A stretch of 32,000 nt of DNA from Verrucomicrobia bacterium UBA3869. GTDB taxonomy: Bacteria; Verrucomicrobiota; Verrucomicrobiia; Opitutales; UBA9783. The translations under genes and the position numbers were made by a program. Location: assembly GCA_002392285.1 (NCBI GenBank), contig DGGR01000041.1, positions 1 to 32,000 on the forward strand, read 5' to 3'. Numbering within the stretch: position 1 is the stretch's first letter; the number at the start of each line of letters is the position of its first letter. Shown here piece by piece: positions 17,641 through 25,539 of this stretch. The notes under the pieces were generated by a model. It did not search any database, was not told the DNA's origin, and saw only the letters and a program-made list of their open reading frames with translations.

Positions 17641-18189
17641 ATGAATCACATTATTCGTACCCTATCTTCAACGGCAAACCTAAGGCAATCGTTAGGAATC
17701 TGTGTTGCTGGTAGTTTATTGCTTTCAATTTGCTCTCAAATCCAAATTCCTCTGTGGCCCGTACCCATGACCTTACAAACGGCTGCAGTTTTGTTTTTGG
17801 CTTATCGATTTGGCAGCTCCCATGCCGTTCGCTCAGTATTAGCTTGGATCCTTGCTGGAAGTTTTAATCTGCCCGTGTTTGCACATTTAACGGGCATAGG
17901 GGCGCTTAGCGGACCCTGCGCGGGGTACATCTATGGGATGGTTCTACAAGCGTATAGTGCCCGTTGGCTTTTTAAACCTAGATTAAGCATCACACACCTC
18001 ATTGCTGGGGGTTATCTATGTATAACGATCACCTTTATCATTGGATATGGTTGGCTCAGCGGATTTGTTGGACCTAGGATGGCTTTTACAACCGGAGTAG
18101 CTCCGTTTTTACTAAGCGAAAGCATCAAAATCCTACTGACTTCATGGTTTTGCCACAGGAACTCATCCCGCTGCGTCCGCACCATTTAG
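17641..18189 (+). CDS. bioY: Biotin transporter S-component BioY
   Basis: 182-aa ORF with about 5-6 TM segments. BioY-like PMTLQTAAVLFLAYRFG and GPCAGYIYGM are present. Confidence 0.8.
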   Translation: MNHIIRTLSSTANLRQSLGICVAGSLLLSICSQIQIPLWPVPMTLQTAAVLFLAYRFGSSHAVRSVLAWILAGSFNLPVFAHLTGIGALSGPCAGYIYGMVLQAYSARWLFKPRLSITHLIAGGYLCITITFIIGYGWLSGFVGPRMAFTTGVAPFLLSESIKILLTSWFCHRNSSRCVRTI

Positions 18190-18557
18190 TGTGCCTGCAG
18201 TATTTTATCGGCAAAGGATACAGTGCAAGGTTTACCTCAAAAACCACCCGTGTGCTGACTTATCTTAAACAACATCCGACCCTTGCGTGTATTCAAATCG
18301 TGCAAGGAGCGGATATTCTTTGTCAATCCTGTCCCAATTTGCATACACAATGTAAAACCGCTCAGCAACATGACCAAGGTTATTTACAAGCGCTTCATTT
18401 AACCATCCGGCAACAGCTATCGTTCCAAGAGGCCATTGAACGCTTCCAACGGTACGTTAACGATACGGTGTTTCACACCATCTGCAGTTCCTGTCGGTGG
18501 TATGACCTATGTTCTTCTTTACGTCAAAAGCGAATGCTGGGTATACTCGATGCATAA
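18144..18557 (+). CDS. DUF1284 family protein (Cys/His-rich, function unknown)
   Basis: The N-terminal LRPHHLVCLQYFIGKGYS signature is followed by CQSCPNL..C and CSSCRWYDLC. It overlaps the bioY 3' end by 46 nt. Confidence 0.7.
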   Translation: MVLPQELIPLRPHHLVCLQYFIGKGYSARFTSKTTRVLTYLKQHPTLACIQIVQGADILCQSCPNLHTQCKTAQQHDQGYLQALHLTIRQQLSFQEAIERFQRYVNDTVFHTICSSCRWYDLCSSLRQKRMLGILDA

Positions 18558-18569
18558 GGTATTTACGCT

Positions 18570-19487
18570 ATGAATGCATCTCATTTTTTGTTGGTTGATG
18601 GTACCAACTTGGCGTTTCGCAGCTTCTATGGGATACAATACCTATCCAACAGTCAACAGCTGCCGGTTAATGCCATTTACGGCTTCTTCAATTCGCTGCT
18701 GACCTTAGCCCAAACGCATTCGTTTGAACGCGCGATTATTTGCTTCGATTGCGGTCATTCAACAACCAGAACTGAGATTTTGGATACCTATAAGAAAAAC
18801 CGCGCCCCAACACCGGATGATTTCAAAAAACAACTACCTTACATTAAGGAACTTATTCCGTCGTTTGGATGGGTGTGTTGTGAACGAATAGGGATTGAAG
18901 CTGATGATTTAATCGCAACTTGGGCTCAACTAGCTACCCAAAAGCAACAATCGGTGGCCATCGTCAGCGCGGATAAAGATCTCATGCAGTGTGTTACGGA
19001 TACGGTGCATCAAATCGTTCCCAATTCTAATGGTTGGTATTCCTTAGATCCTGCAGGAGTGGTAGACAAGGTAGGCGTTTATCCCCATCAAATCGTTGAT
19101 TATTTAGCGCTTATTGGGGATTCTGCCGATAATTACCTAGGATTGCCGGGAGTTGGTCCTAAAACAGCTGCAAAATGGCTCAATGCTTATCAATCCATTG
19201 ATGGTATTTACGCGCATTTATCCACCGTAAAACCCGAACGTTTTCAGTCGGTTTTGTCCCAATCCAGAACCTTAATCGAGCGCAATCAATCCTTAGCACG
19301 CCTTGCATGCTCCATTGATTGGATTGAGCCTGACTGCAACCCTCAACCTCAACCTCAAGCATTAGATGCTAAGTTAACGGAGCTTAATTTGAACAAATTA
19401 AGAGGTAAATGCCGTCAGTTTTTTCAACAAAACCTATCAGCTCATACAGCCCATCAGCCTTTACAACAAGGTGAGTTTTGCTTTTAA
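18570..19487 (+). CDS. Standalone 5'-3' exonuclease (FEN / Pol I N-terminal domain family)
   Basis: Carries LLVDGTNLAFRSFYG, YKKNRAPTPDDF, GIEADDLIATWA, SADKDLMQ and the H3TH element GDSADNYLGLPGVGPKTAAKWL. At 305 aa there is no polymerase domain. Confidence 0.9.
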   Translation: MNASHFLLVDGTNLAFRSFYGIQYLSNSQQLPVNAIYGFFNSLLTLAQTHSFERAIICFDCGHSTTRTEILDTYKKNRAPTPDDFKKQLPYIKELIPSFGWVCCERIGIEADDLIATWAQLATQKQQSVAIVSADKDLMQCVTDTVHQIVPNSNGWYSLDPAGVVDKVGVYPHQIVDYLALIGDSADNYLGLPGVGPKTAAKWLNAYQSIDGIYAHLSTVKPERFQSVLSQSRTLIERNQSLARLACSIDWIEPDCNPQPQPQALDAKLTELNLNKLRGKCRQFFQQNLSAHTAHQPLQQGEFCF

Positions 19488-19499
19488 GTTAAGAAAACA

Positions 19500-20180
19500 A
19501 TGAATTCCACAGAGTTACCCAATCCCGATACCATCTTTCCTATTTCAAATCTAACCACGTTAACCTACGTAAAGCCGACCATTAAAAATCCGAATATTAG
19601 CGTCGGGGATTTTACTTACTTCGGAGCTAGCGATTTCGAAAGCCATGTAACTCACCATTATGATTTTGTGGGAGATAAGCTGATCATTGGTAAATTTTGC
19701 CAAATTGCCAAAGGGGTCAATTTCGTAATGAACGGCGCTAACCATCAAATGAATACCGTCTCTACCTATCCTTTTTACATTTTTACCGGCTGGGGTCAAA
19801 AAGCGCCTGATAGGGCCGACATGCCCTTAAAAGGAAATACGGTGGTCGGTAACGATGTTTGGATTGGACAAGACGTAACCATTTTACCAGGAGTTCATGT
19901 TGGGGATGGCGCTATTATTGGTTTAAACAGTGTAGTAGGGTCTCATGTCCCCCCTTATACCATTGTGGCGGGAAATCCTGCAAAACCTATCAGAAAACGT
20001 TTTGATGACGAATTAATTGCGCTCCTATTGCAACTGAAATGGTGGGACAAAAGCATTGAGGAGATTCATCAACTAATCCCCTTACTAACCAATTGCCATT
20101 TGGATAAAGTAAAAGCTGCTATCCAACAGCTCCTATCTGCAGATTGCTCAAGAAAAAATCTTGACATTCTAACCATTTAG
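19500..20180 (+). CDS. Vat-family (xenobiotic/streptogramin A type) hexapeptide-repeat O-acetyltransferase
   Basis: Close to my memory of Vat proteins. Shared segments are HHYDFVGDKLIIGKFCQIA, FVMNGANHQMN..STYPF, GNDVWIGQDVTILPGVHVGDGAII, VAGNPAKPIRKRF and LKWWD. Confidence 0.85.
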   Translation: MNSTELPNPDTIFPISNLTTLTYVKPTIKNPNISVGDFTYFGASDFESHVTHHYDFVGDKLIIGKFCQIAKGVNFVMNGANHQMNTVSTYPFYIFTGWGQKAPDRADMPLKGNTVVGNDVWIGQDVTILPGVHVGDGAIIGLNSVVGSHVPPYTIVAGNPAKPIRKRFDDELIALLLQLKWWDKSIEEIHQLIPLLTNCHLDKVKAAIQQLLSADCSRKNLDILTI

Positions 20181-20254
20181 AATTACACTTAAATGACGAT
20201 AGAGAAATTGAACTCAAAAATAAAACCATTTCGTGTATTATCCAAGAAAGGAAC

Positions 20255-20379
20255 AAGAAAAAGATGTTCTTCAAAGAACTAGAGGAAGTTATCGGATCGG
20301 TTAATCTTATTAATTAATTTAGTCGATAAACCAGATCGATGAACTAGATTATTACATTCATCTTTGGGGTCCAACCGTA
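20255..20379 (-). ncRNA. Candidate small/antisense RNA driven by the 20414 promoter (3' end uncertain)
   Basis: The predicted TSS is near 20379. Weak hairpins with T-runs (GTTC-TTTGAA-GAAC ATCTTTTT; GAACA...TGTTC CTTTCTT) lie around 20255-20290. Only a 5-codon ORF is present. Confidence 0.2.
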
Positions 20380-20385
20380 AGCAAA

Positions 20386-20414
20386 AGTATAACTCATTAT
20401 TGACTGAATGTCAA
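20386..20414 (-). promoter_or_regulatory. Orphan consensus-like promoter reading toward the vat 3' end
   Basis: On the minus strand: TTGACA (20414-20409)-N17-TATACT (20391-20386). No annotated gene lies downstream on that strand. Confidence 0.4.
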
Positions 20415-20431
20415 TAAAAAAATTAGGAAGT

Positions 20432-20451
20432 CCCAAGCCCCCTTCCTTGGG
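20432..20451. terminator. Hairpin directly after the pnp stop, possibly bidirectional
   Basis: CCCAAG (20432-20437) pairs with CTTGGG (20446-20451). It is followed by CTTTT on the + strand and by ...TAATTTTTTT on the minus strand. Confidence 0.5.
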
Positions 20452-20454
20452 CTT

Positions 20455-22590
20455 TTAATGAGCCTCGTGTTGTATAACCGCCTTACGGCTTAAGCGAACA
20501 CGACCTTTTTCATCAATCCCAACGCAGGTAACTACCATTGTATCACCAAGAGCGCATACATCGCTTGGATGCTTGACGCGGCAATCAGACAATTCTGATA
20601 CATGCACCAATCCTTCCTGTCCGGGCAAGCATTCTACGAACACACCAAAATCCTTAATGGATTTAACAATGGCTTGGTAGGTCTTACCGACTTCGATTTT
20701 TTGATCGAGCGCTTGGATTTGCTCAACTACCTTCTTGAGCATTTCCTCATCGCAGGCATAGATCGAAACTTTTCCGGAATTATCTTCGCAAATATCGATC
20801 TGGCAGCCGGTTGATTCCGTTAAACGTTTAATGTTCTTACCGCCAGGACCGATTAAAGCACCGATCTTGTCCGGAGAAATCATAACGGTTGCAATGCGTG
20901 GAGCAAATGGACTGATAGAAGTACGAGGTTGTGCCAAGGCACCTTTCATAACTGCTAAGATACGCGCTCTTGCTTGGGTGTTTTGATGGATCGCTTCCTC
21001 CATAATTTCTAGAGGCAATCCGGCAATCTTCAAATCCAATTGAAATCCGGTAATTCCTTTATCGGTTCCACAGATCTTAAAATCCATATCACCGTAATGG
21101 TCTTCATCACCGATGATATCCGTTAATAGCTTATAACGCGCGATAGAACCCTTTTGATCCATTTCGGTTACCAATCCAATGGATATACCTGATACAGGGG
21201 CTAAAATGGGCACTCCTGCGTCCATCAACGCTAAGGTACCGCCACAAACGGATGCCATGGAGGTTGAGCCGTTGGAGCTCATGATATCCGAAACCACACG
21301 AATAGCGTAAGGGAAATCGTTTTCTGATGGAATAACAGGCAACAACGAACGTTCTGCTAAGGCACCATGTCCTACTTCACGGCGGCTAAGGAAGCCAAAG
21401 CGTCCTGTTTCTCCCGTCGAATAAGGCGGGAAGTTGTAATGAAGGATAAACGATTTCGATTGTGCTCCTCCGGTTAATCCATCCAAATCCTGAGCATCGC
21501 TATTGGCGCCCAAAGTTACGCTCACTAAGGCTTGGGTTTGACCCCGTTCGAACAAAGCAGAACCATGCACCCGCTTCGGCAAAACATCAACCGCGCAGGA
21601 TAATTTACGGATTTCATCCAACGAACGGCCATCTAAGCGCTGATCCTGGTCTAAAATTGCCTTACGGCATACATCCTCTTGCAAAGCTTCAAAAGCAATC
21701 GATACGGCTTCCTTTGCTTTTTCTTCATCATCAAACCATTTTTCATCAATCGCCATTTGGAACGCGGACTGTTTGAGCAAGCGTACCCCTTCATCGGCGG
21801 CTGAACGATCGGCATTGAACCAAGCCTTGCGTAACGGTTCTGTAAAGCTGGATTTGCACCATTCCATGGCTTCTGTTGTAGCAACATGAGGAACATACGT
21901 GCTTTTAACACGTCCTACCTGGCGCGCTAAGGCTTCTTGGGCATCCAAAATCGGCTGAATGGCCTGTTGAGCCTTATGCAAAGCTTCAATAAAACGTGCT
22001 TCCGGCAATTGATCCGCGCATCCTTCAATCATCAATGCACGGTCTCGGGTTCCAACATAGATTAAATCCAAATCCGAATCAAATTGCTGACTGTTGGTTG
22101 GGTTAATAACGAACTCGCCATTGACCTGTGCAATCCGCACGCAACCAAGGGGTCCGCCCCAAGGGATATCGGAACACATCAGGGCTGCAGAAGCTCCATT
22201 GACCATCAAAATATCCGATTCGTGTTTCAAGTCAGTCGATAAGAGCAAACCAATGATTTGCACTTCGTTTAAAAAGTCACTTGGAAATAAAGGACGTAAG
22301 GGGCGGTCACACAAGCGTGAGGTTAAAATTTCCTTTTCGGTTGGCTTGCCTTCGCGTTTTATATAGCCGCCTGGGAAACGACCGGCAGCAGAAAACTTTT
22401 CGCGATAATCAACGGTTAAAGGGAAAAAATCCTGATCTGGAGCCACTTCTTTGGCCATGGTAGCGCTTACAAACACTACCGTATCGCCCGATTGTACCAT
22501 CACTGAACCGTTGGCTCGTTGCGCTAACGTTCCGGTGGAAAACGATAATGGCATTCCCTCAACTTCAACGGTATGTTTTTGCTTCAGCAT
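20455..22590 (-). CDS. pnp: Polyribonucleotide nucleotidyltransferase (PNPase)
   Basis: 711 aa with two RNase PH-like halves, a KH domain (ISPDKIGALIGPGGKNIKRL) and an S1 domain (GKTYQAIVKSIKDFGVFVEC). It starts 19 nt after rpsO. Confidence 0.97.
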   Translation of the reverse strand: MLKQKHTVEVEGMPLSFSTGTLAQRANGSVMVQSGDTVVFVSATMAKEVAPDQDFFPLTVDYREKFSAAGRFPGGYIKREGKPTEKEILTSRLCDRPLRPLFPSDFLNEVQIIGLLLSTDLKHESDILMVNGASAALMCSDIPWGGPLGCVRIAQVNGEFVINPTNSQQFDSDLDLIYVGTRDRALMIEGCADQLPEARFIEALHKAQQAIQPILDAQEALARQVGRVKSTYVPHVATTEAMEWCKSSFTEPLRKAWFNADRSAADEGVRLLKQSAFQMAIDEKWFDDEEKAKEAVSIAFEALQEDVCRKAILDQDQRLDGRSLDEIRKLSCAVDVLPKRVHGSALFERGQTQALVSVTLGANSDAQDLDGLTGGAQSKSFILHYNFPPYSTGETGRFGFLSRREVGHGALAERSLLPVIPSENDFPYAIRVVSDIMSSNGSTSMASVCGGTLALMDAGVPILAPVSGISIGLVTEMDQKGSIARYKLLTDIIGDEDHYGDMDFKICGTDKGITGFQLDLKIAGLPLEIMEEAIHQNTQARARILAVMKGALAQPRTSISPFAPRIATVMISPDKIGALIGPGGKNIKRLTESTGCQIDICEDNSGKVSIYACDEEMLKKVVEQIQALDQKIEVGKTYQAIVKSIKDFGVFVECLPGQEGLVHVSELSDCRVKHPSDVCALGDTMVVTCVGIDEKGRVRLSRKAVIQHEAH

Positions 22591-22609
22591 AGCTGATCCC
22601 GTGGTTGAA

Positions 22610-22876
22610 TTAATGACGTAACTTTAATTGCTCTACAACCGTTTTATAGGCTTCTGGATTCTTGCGCTCTAAGTATTTTAATAACTTTTTGCGTTGATTG
22701 GACAAAGCCTGCAAGCCGTACAAAGAATGCACGTCTTTTTTATGAGTCTTAAAGTGTTCGGTTAAACACGAAATCCTATCGGTCAATAAGGCAATCTGGA
22801 CTTGGGATGAACCCGCATCTTTTTCGTGTATCTGAAAATTTTTTATAATATCTTGTTTTTCCGCTTTTATAGACAT
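22610..22876 (-). CDS. rpsO: 30S ribosomal protein S15
   Basis: 88 aa with HFKTHKKDVHSLYGLQALSNQRKKLLKYL, in the conserved rpsO-pnp arrangement. Confidence 0.95.
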   Translation of the reverse strand: MSIKAEKQDIIKNFQIHEKDAGSSQVQIALLTDRISCLTEHFKTHKKDVHSLYGLQALSNQRKKLLKYLERKNPEAYKTVVEQLKLRH

Positions 22877-23010
22877 GTCTTTTTCTCTCTTAATACATGT
22901 TTATAAAAAAAGATTATTTTTAGCTTTTCAAGTAAAAACTCCATAGAACAAACGATTGGAAGTTTAGCAAAAACCTAACAAGATAGGGGGATACAGGCCA
23001 ATTTTTTATT

Positions 23011-23084
23011 GGGAACATTGTATTCTGGACAATCTCACCGCTGTTATCGGCTGCGGTCTTGGTGGCGCGCTAACCTACATTCCG
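23011..23084 (-). pseudogene. Decayed tRNA-like element (possible tRNA-Pro-derived pseudogene)
   Basis: 74 nt. The 5' end CGGAATGTAGGTTAGC resembles the tRNA-Pro 5' end CGGGATGTAGCTTAGC. Acceptor-like pairing GGAATG/TGTTCC, a 5-bp stem ACCGC/GCGGT with an 11-nt loop, and a T-arm-like ATTGT-CCAGAAT-ACAAT can all be drawn. There is no canonical anticodon loop or T-loop. Confidence 0.3.
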
Positions 23085-23144
23085 ATCAGGTGTATAACAG
23101 TGTAGGTAGAACGTTTTAAAAAGAACACAAAAACGCCTTCAAAC

Positions 23145-24032
23145 CTACTTTAAATCCCACGAAAAGAAGTATTCATCTATCGGTTTGTGCTGTTTAAAAT
23201 AGTCGTACGACTTAGCTATATGACCTAAATCGAATGCTTGATAGCCCTTTAACGCCAAATCATAAGCCAAAACGGTAGCGGTTGTTCCTAAAATCACAAT
23301 CACCAAGGATTGCTTATCAATCGTCAGGGCTTGCTTTAAGATGGCATCGTATTCCGCAAAAGCTTCCCGTTCGGGAGCATATTGATAACGTACCTCTGCC
23401 GCATTATCAAAAATATTATAACGTAAATACTTAAAGGTATAGCGCCCACAAATGACCACGACGTTACGCTTTTCCCATAACTGCCGAAGTTTCTGATAAT
23501 AAGCAACCTCCTCCGTGTGACACACAAATGGAATGCTTAAACAAGCCTCGTAATACGTCACATCCTGGTGAATAGTAGCCTCTAGAAACCCTCGATGTTC
23601 ATAGGCCGTTAACATATGTTCGTGATCACAACGGGTATCTAAATAATAATAGGAGCGCTTAATCCCAATCAAAATATCCGGATGATTGGAGGTTAAAATT
23701 GCCTTCAGGCGCTCAGCAAGCATCGGATTGGGCTGCTGAAAAACATTAGGACGCCCCATCATGGTATCGATTTCACCATCTCCAAAGCGTACAATGCTCA
23801 CACGCCGCGAGAGCAGTTCATCCACTGTTTCTTCCGCCGTTTTAATCGTCGGAATACGCACCTTAGGTAATTCATCATGCAGGGCGTATTTTAACGTTTC
23901 TTTTAAAAAATCCATGTTTTCACACAACAAAAACCGAAATTGTTTATTGTAACGACGTAAGATATAATGCAAACACTGAACCAAAACCCATCGAGGGGTC
24001 CAATGGCGTACATTCTTTAAACGCTTAAACAT
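23145..24032 (-). CDS. Putative GT-D fold glycosyltransferase (DUF1792-like)
   Basis: 295 aa with the RFGDGE signature (VSIVRFGDGEIDTMMGR), which I associate with DUF1792/GT-D enzymes. The assignment is from memory, not from a search. Confidence 0.55.
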   Translation of the reverse strand: MFKRLKNVRHWTPRWVLVQCLHYILRRYNKQFRFLLCENMDFLKETLKYALHDELPKVRIPTIKTAEETVDELLSRRVSIVRFGDGEIDTMMGRPNVFQQPNPMLAERLKAILTSNHPDILIGIKRSYYYLDTRCDHEHMLTAYEHRGFLEATIHQDVTYYEACLSIPFVCHTEEVAYYQKLRQLWEKRNVVVICGRYTFKYLRYNIFDNAAEVRYQYAPEREAFAEYDAILKQALTIDKQSLVIVILGTTATVLAYDLALKGYQAFDLGHIAKSYDYFKQHKPIDEYFFSWDLK

Positions 24033-24059
24033 TGATTTTTAAATACATTAACGCACCTA

Positions 24060-24136
24060 TGGTCGGGATGATCGGATTCGAACCGATGGCCTCTACGTCC
24101 CGAACGTAGCGCTCTACCAGGCTAAGCTACATCCCG
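24060..24136 (-). tRNA. tRNA-Pro, anticodon CGG, CCA encoded
   Basis: The reverse complement reads CGGGATG-TA-GCTT..GAGC-CTACG-TTCGGGA-CGTAG-AGGCC-ATCGG-TTCGAAT-CCGAT-CATCCCG-A-CCA. All stems pair. Confidence 0.93.
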
Positions 24137-24162
24137 ATTATGCTATTACATAAAACTGAAAA

Positions 24163-24663
24163 TCAAACGTAACTCAAACCTTTTGATGAAAAACAATAAC
24201 ATAAGGCAGCTGCACTTGCATCCGATTCATCATAAGGGAGGGGGCGGAGTAGGTGCAATAACTGCATAACCATTTGCGAAACTTGTTGTTTGGTCGCTTG
24301 TCCACGGCCTGTAATCGATTTTTTAATCCGCAAAGGCGTAAACTCTTGCACAGGAAGTTGGGCCAGGGCAACCGCGCTTAAACACGCTCCACGCGCAGAT
24401 CCCAAAACATGCGCTGTCCGAACATTCTGAACATAAATCGTTTGTTCAACCGCAACTGCTGTTATCGGATACTCCTTCAAAAACTGCTGAGTCGTTAAGA
24501 AAATCTCCCCTAAACACTCCGTAAAACTTTTGCTTGCGCCTAATTTTAACGTTAAGGAATCAAGCAAACGAATTGTATGCATCGGGCTAGCCTCAATAAC
24601 GCTAAATCCTGACCCTCGCAAACTGGGATCAATTCCCAATACCGTACCTGTAAAAGGCGCCAT
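24163..24663 (-). CDS. ruvC: Holliday junction resolvase RuvC
   Basis: VLGIDPSLRGSGFSVIE is followed by AVEQTIYVQNVRTAHVLGSARG. The ATG at 24663 gives a typical 166 aa. The track ORF adds a 28-codon N-terminal extension that is probably not translated. Confidence 0.88.
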   Translation of the reverse strand: MAPFTGTVLGIDPSLRGSGFSVIEASPMHTIRLLDSLTLKLGASKSFTECLGEIFLTTQQFLKEYPITAVAVEQTIYVQNVRTAHVLGSARGACLSAVALAQLPVQEFTPLRIKKSITGRGQATKQQVSQMVMQLLHLLRPLPYDESDASAAALCYCFSSKGLSYV

Positions 24664-24769
24664 GTCGGTTTTGATCGCTTGTACGCGCGGCTTACGATTG
24701 CTTTTAATATGAGCCGTCCATAACGCCCGTCGTCCCGTCATTCCCATAAATTGGCTCTAGGTGGTTAAC

Positions 24770-25501
24770 TTACTCCTTGGGTGTATTTGCCGGTATCCGT
24801 AATTTCATCCCTACGCGTACGCTATTAGCGGAAGGCAACACGTCTCGGTTGGCATCATAAATGCGCTTCCATTTACCAGCATTCCCATACATTTTAAGGC
24901 TGATTTTGGATAGCGAATCACCCTCCTGAACCGTATACAAACTTCCCTGTTGAGCTACCATAGGTACCACCGGCGTTACCACATTGTTGGTGGTATGAGT
25001 CGCAAGCGTATTGGATAGGCGTGCTTGTGCCAACGCTACCTTCAGGCGATCGTTTTCAGCTCGCACCTGCTTTAGAATATCCAATAAATCCAAATGCTCT
25101 TTGTTTTCTGTATAACGATCGTTCAAAGGTAAGGTACGAATAAATTCCTTTTTGGCGGTATCAATCAAATCCACCACCACGCGCGCCAACTTCCCCTCTG
25201 GGCTCTTTTCCAAATAGCACCGGAAATGATAAATGGCGAAAATCGGATCTTTTTTGATACGTAAATAAAGCTGTCCCAATTCAAAATGGGTTTCTGGACA
25301 AGCTCCCTTCCGCTTCTCCAATAAGCGATTGAACAAATCGAACGCTTCCTCATTGCGGTTTTCTTGCAAACACAACTGCCCTTCTTGAAATAAGGGTTCT
25401 TCTCGCTCTTCCACAATTTTCTTGGAATAATCACACCCCCCGAGATGGATTAACCCCATCATCAGAATAATGACAAAATTGTATCGGATGTGTGCCTTCA
25501 T
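24770..25501 (-). CDS. LysM-domain lipoprotein with TPR-like/coiled-coil middle region
   Basis: The signal plus lipobox is MKAHIRYNFVIILMMGLIHLGGC. The C-terminal LysM domain is YTVQEGDSLSKISLKMYGNAGKWKRIYDANRDVL...VGMKLRIP. Confidence 0.8.
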   Translation of the reverse strand: MKAHIRYNFVIILMMGLIHLGGCDYSKKIVEEREEPLFQEGQLCLQENRNEEAFDLFNRLLEKRKGACPETHFELGQLYLRIKKDPIFAIYHFRCYLEKSPEGKLARVVVDLIDTAKKEFIRTLPLNDRYTENKEHLDLLDILKQVRAENDRLKVALAQARLSNTLATHTTNNVVTPVVPMVAQQGSLYTVQEGDSLSKISLKMYGNAGKWKRIYDANRDVLPSANSVRVGMKLRIPANTPKE

Positions 25502-25539
25502 GTAAGTTTATGATAACAGCTACGTGCGCCCATTGATAC

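Noticed and set aside
19341-19358. The (CCTCAA)x3 microsatellite in the exonuclease gene, and the GGTACGTACC palindrome at 10074-10083.
   Set aside because: The microsatellite is a very short in-frame repeat (PQPQPQ) in a poorly conserved C-terminal tail. The palindrome is an isolated 10-bp sequence. Both are within chance expectation.
20264-20317. A 17-codon ORF (MFFKELEEVIGSVNLIN) downstream of vat, and a 17-codon minus-strand ORF (MSYTFAYGWTPKMNVII) nearby.
   Set aside because: The second starts upstream of the predicted TSS. The first has only a weak purine-rich stretch upstream. Neither is hydrophobic enough for a type I toxin. The evidence is insufficient.
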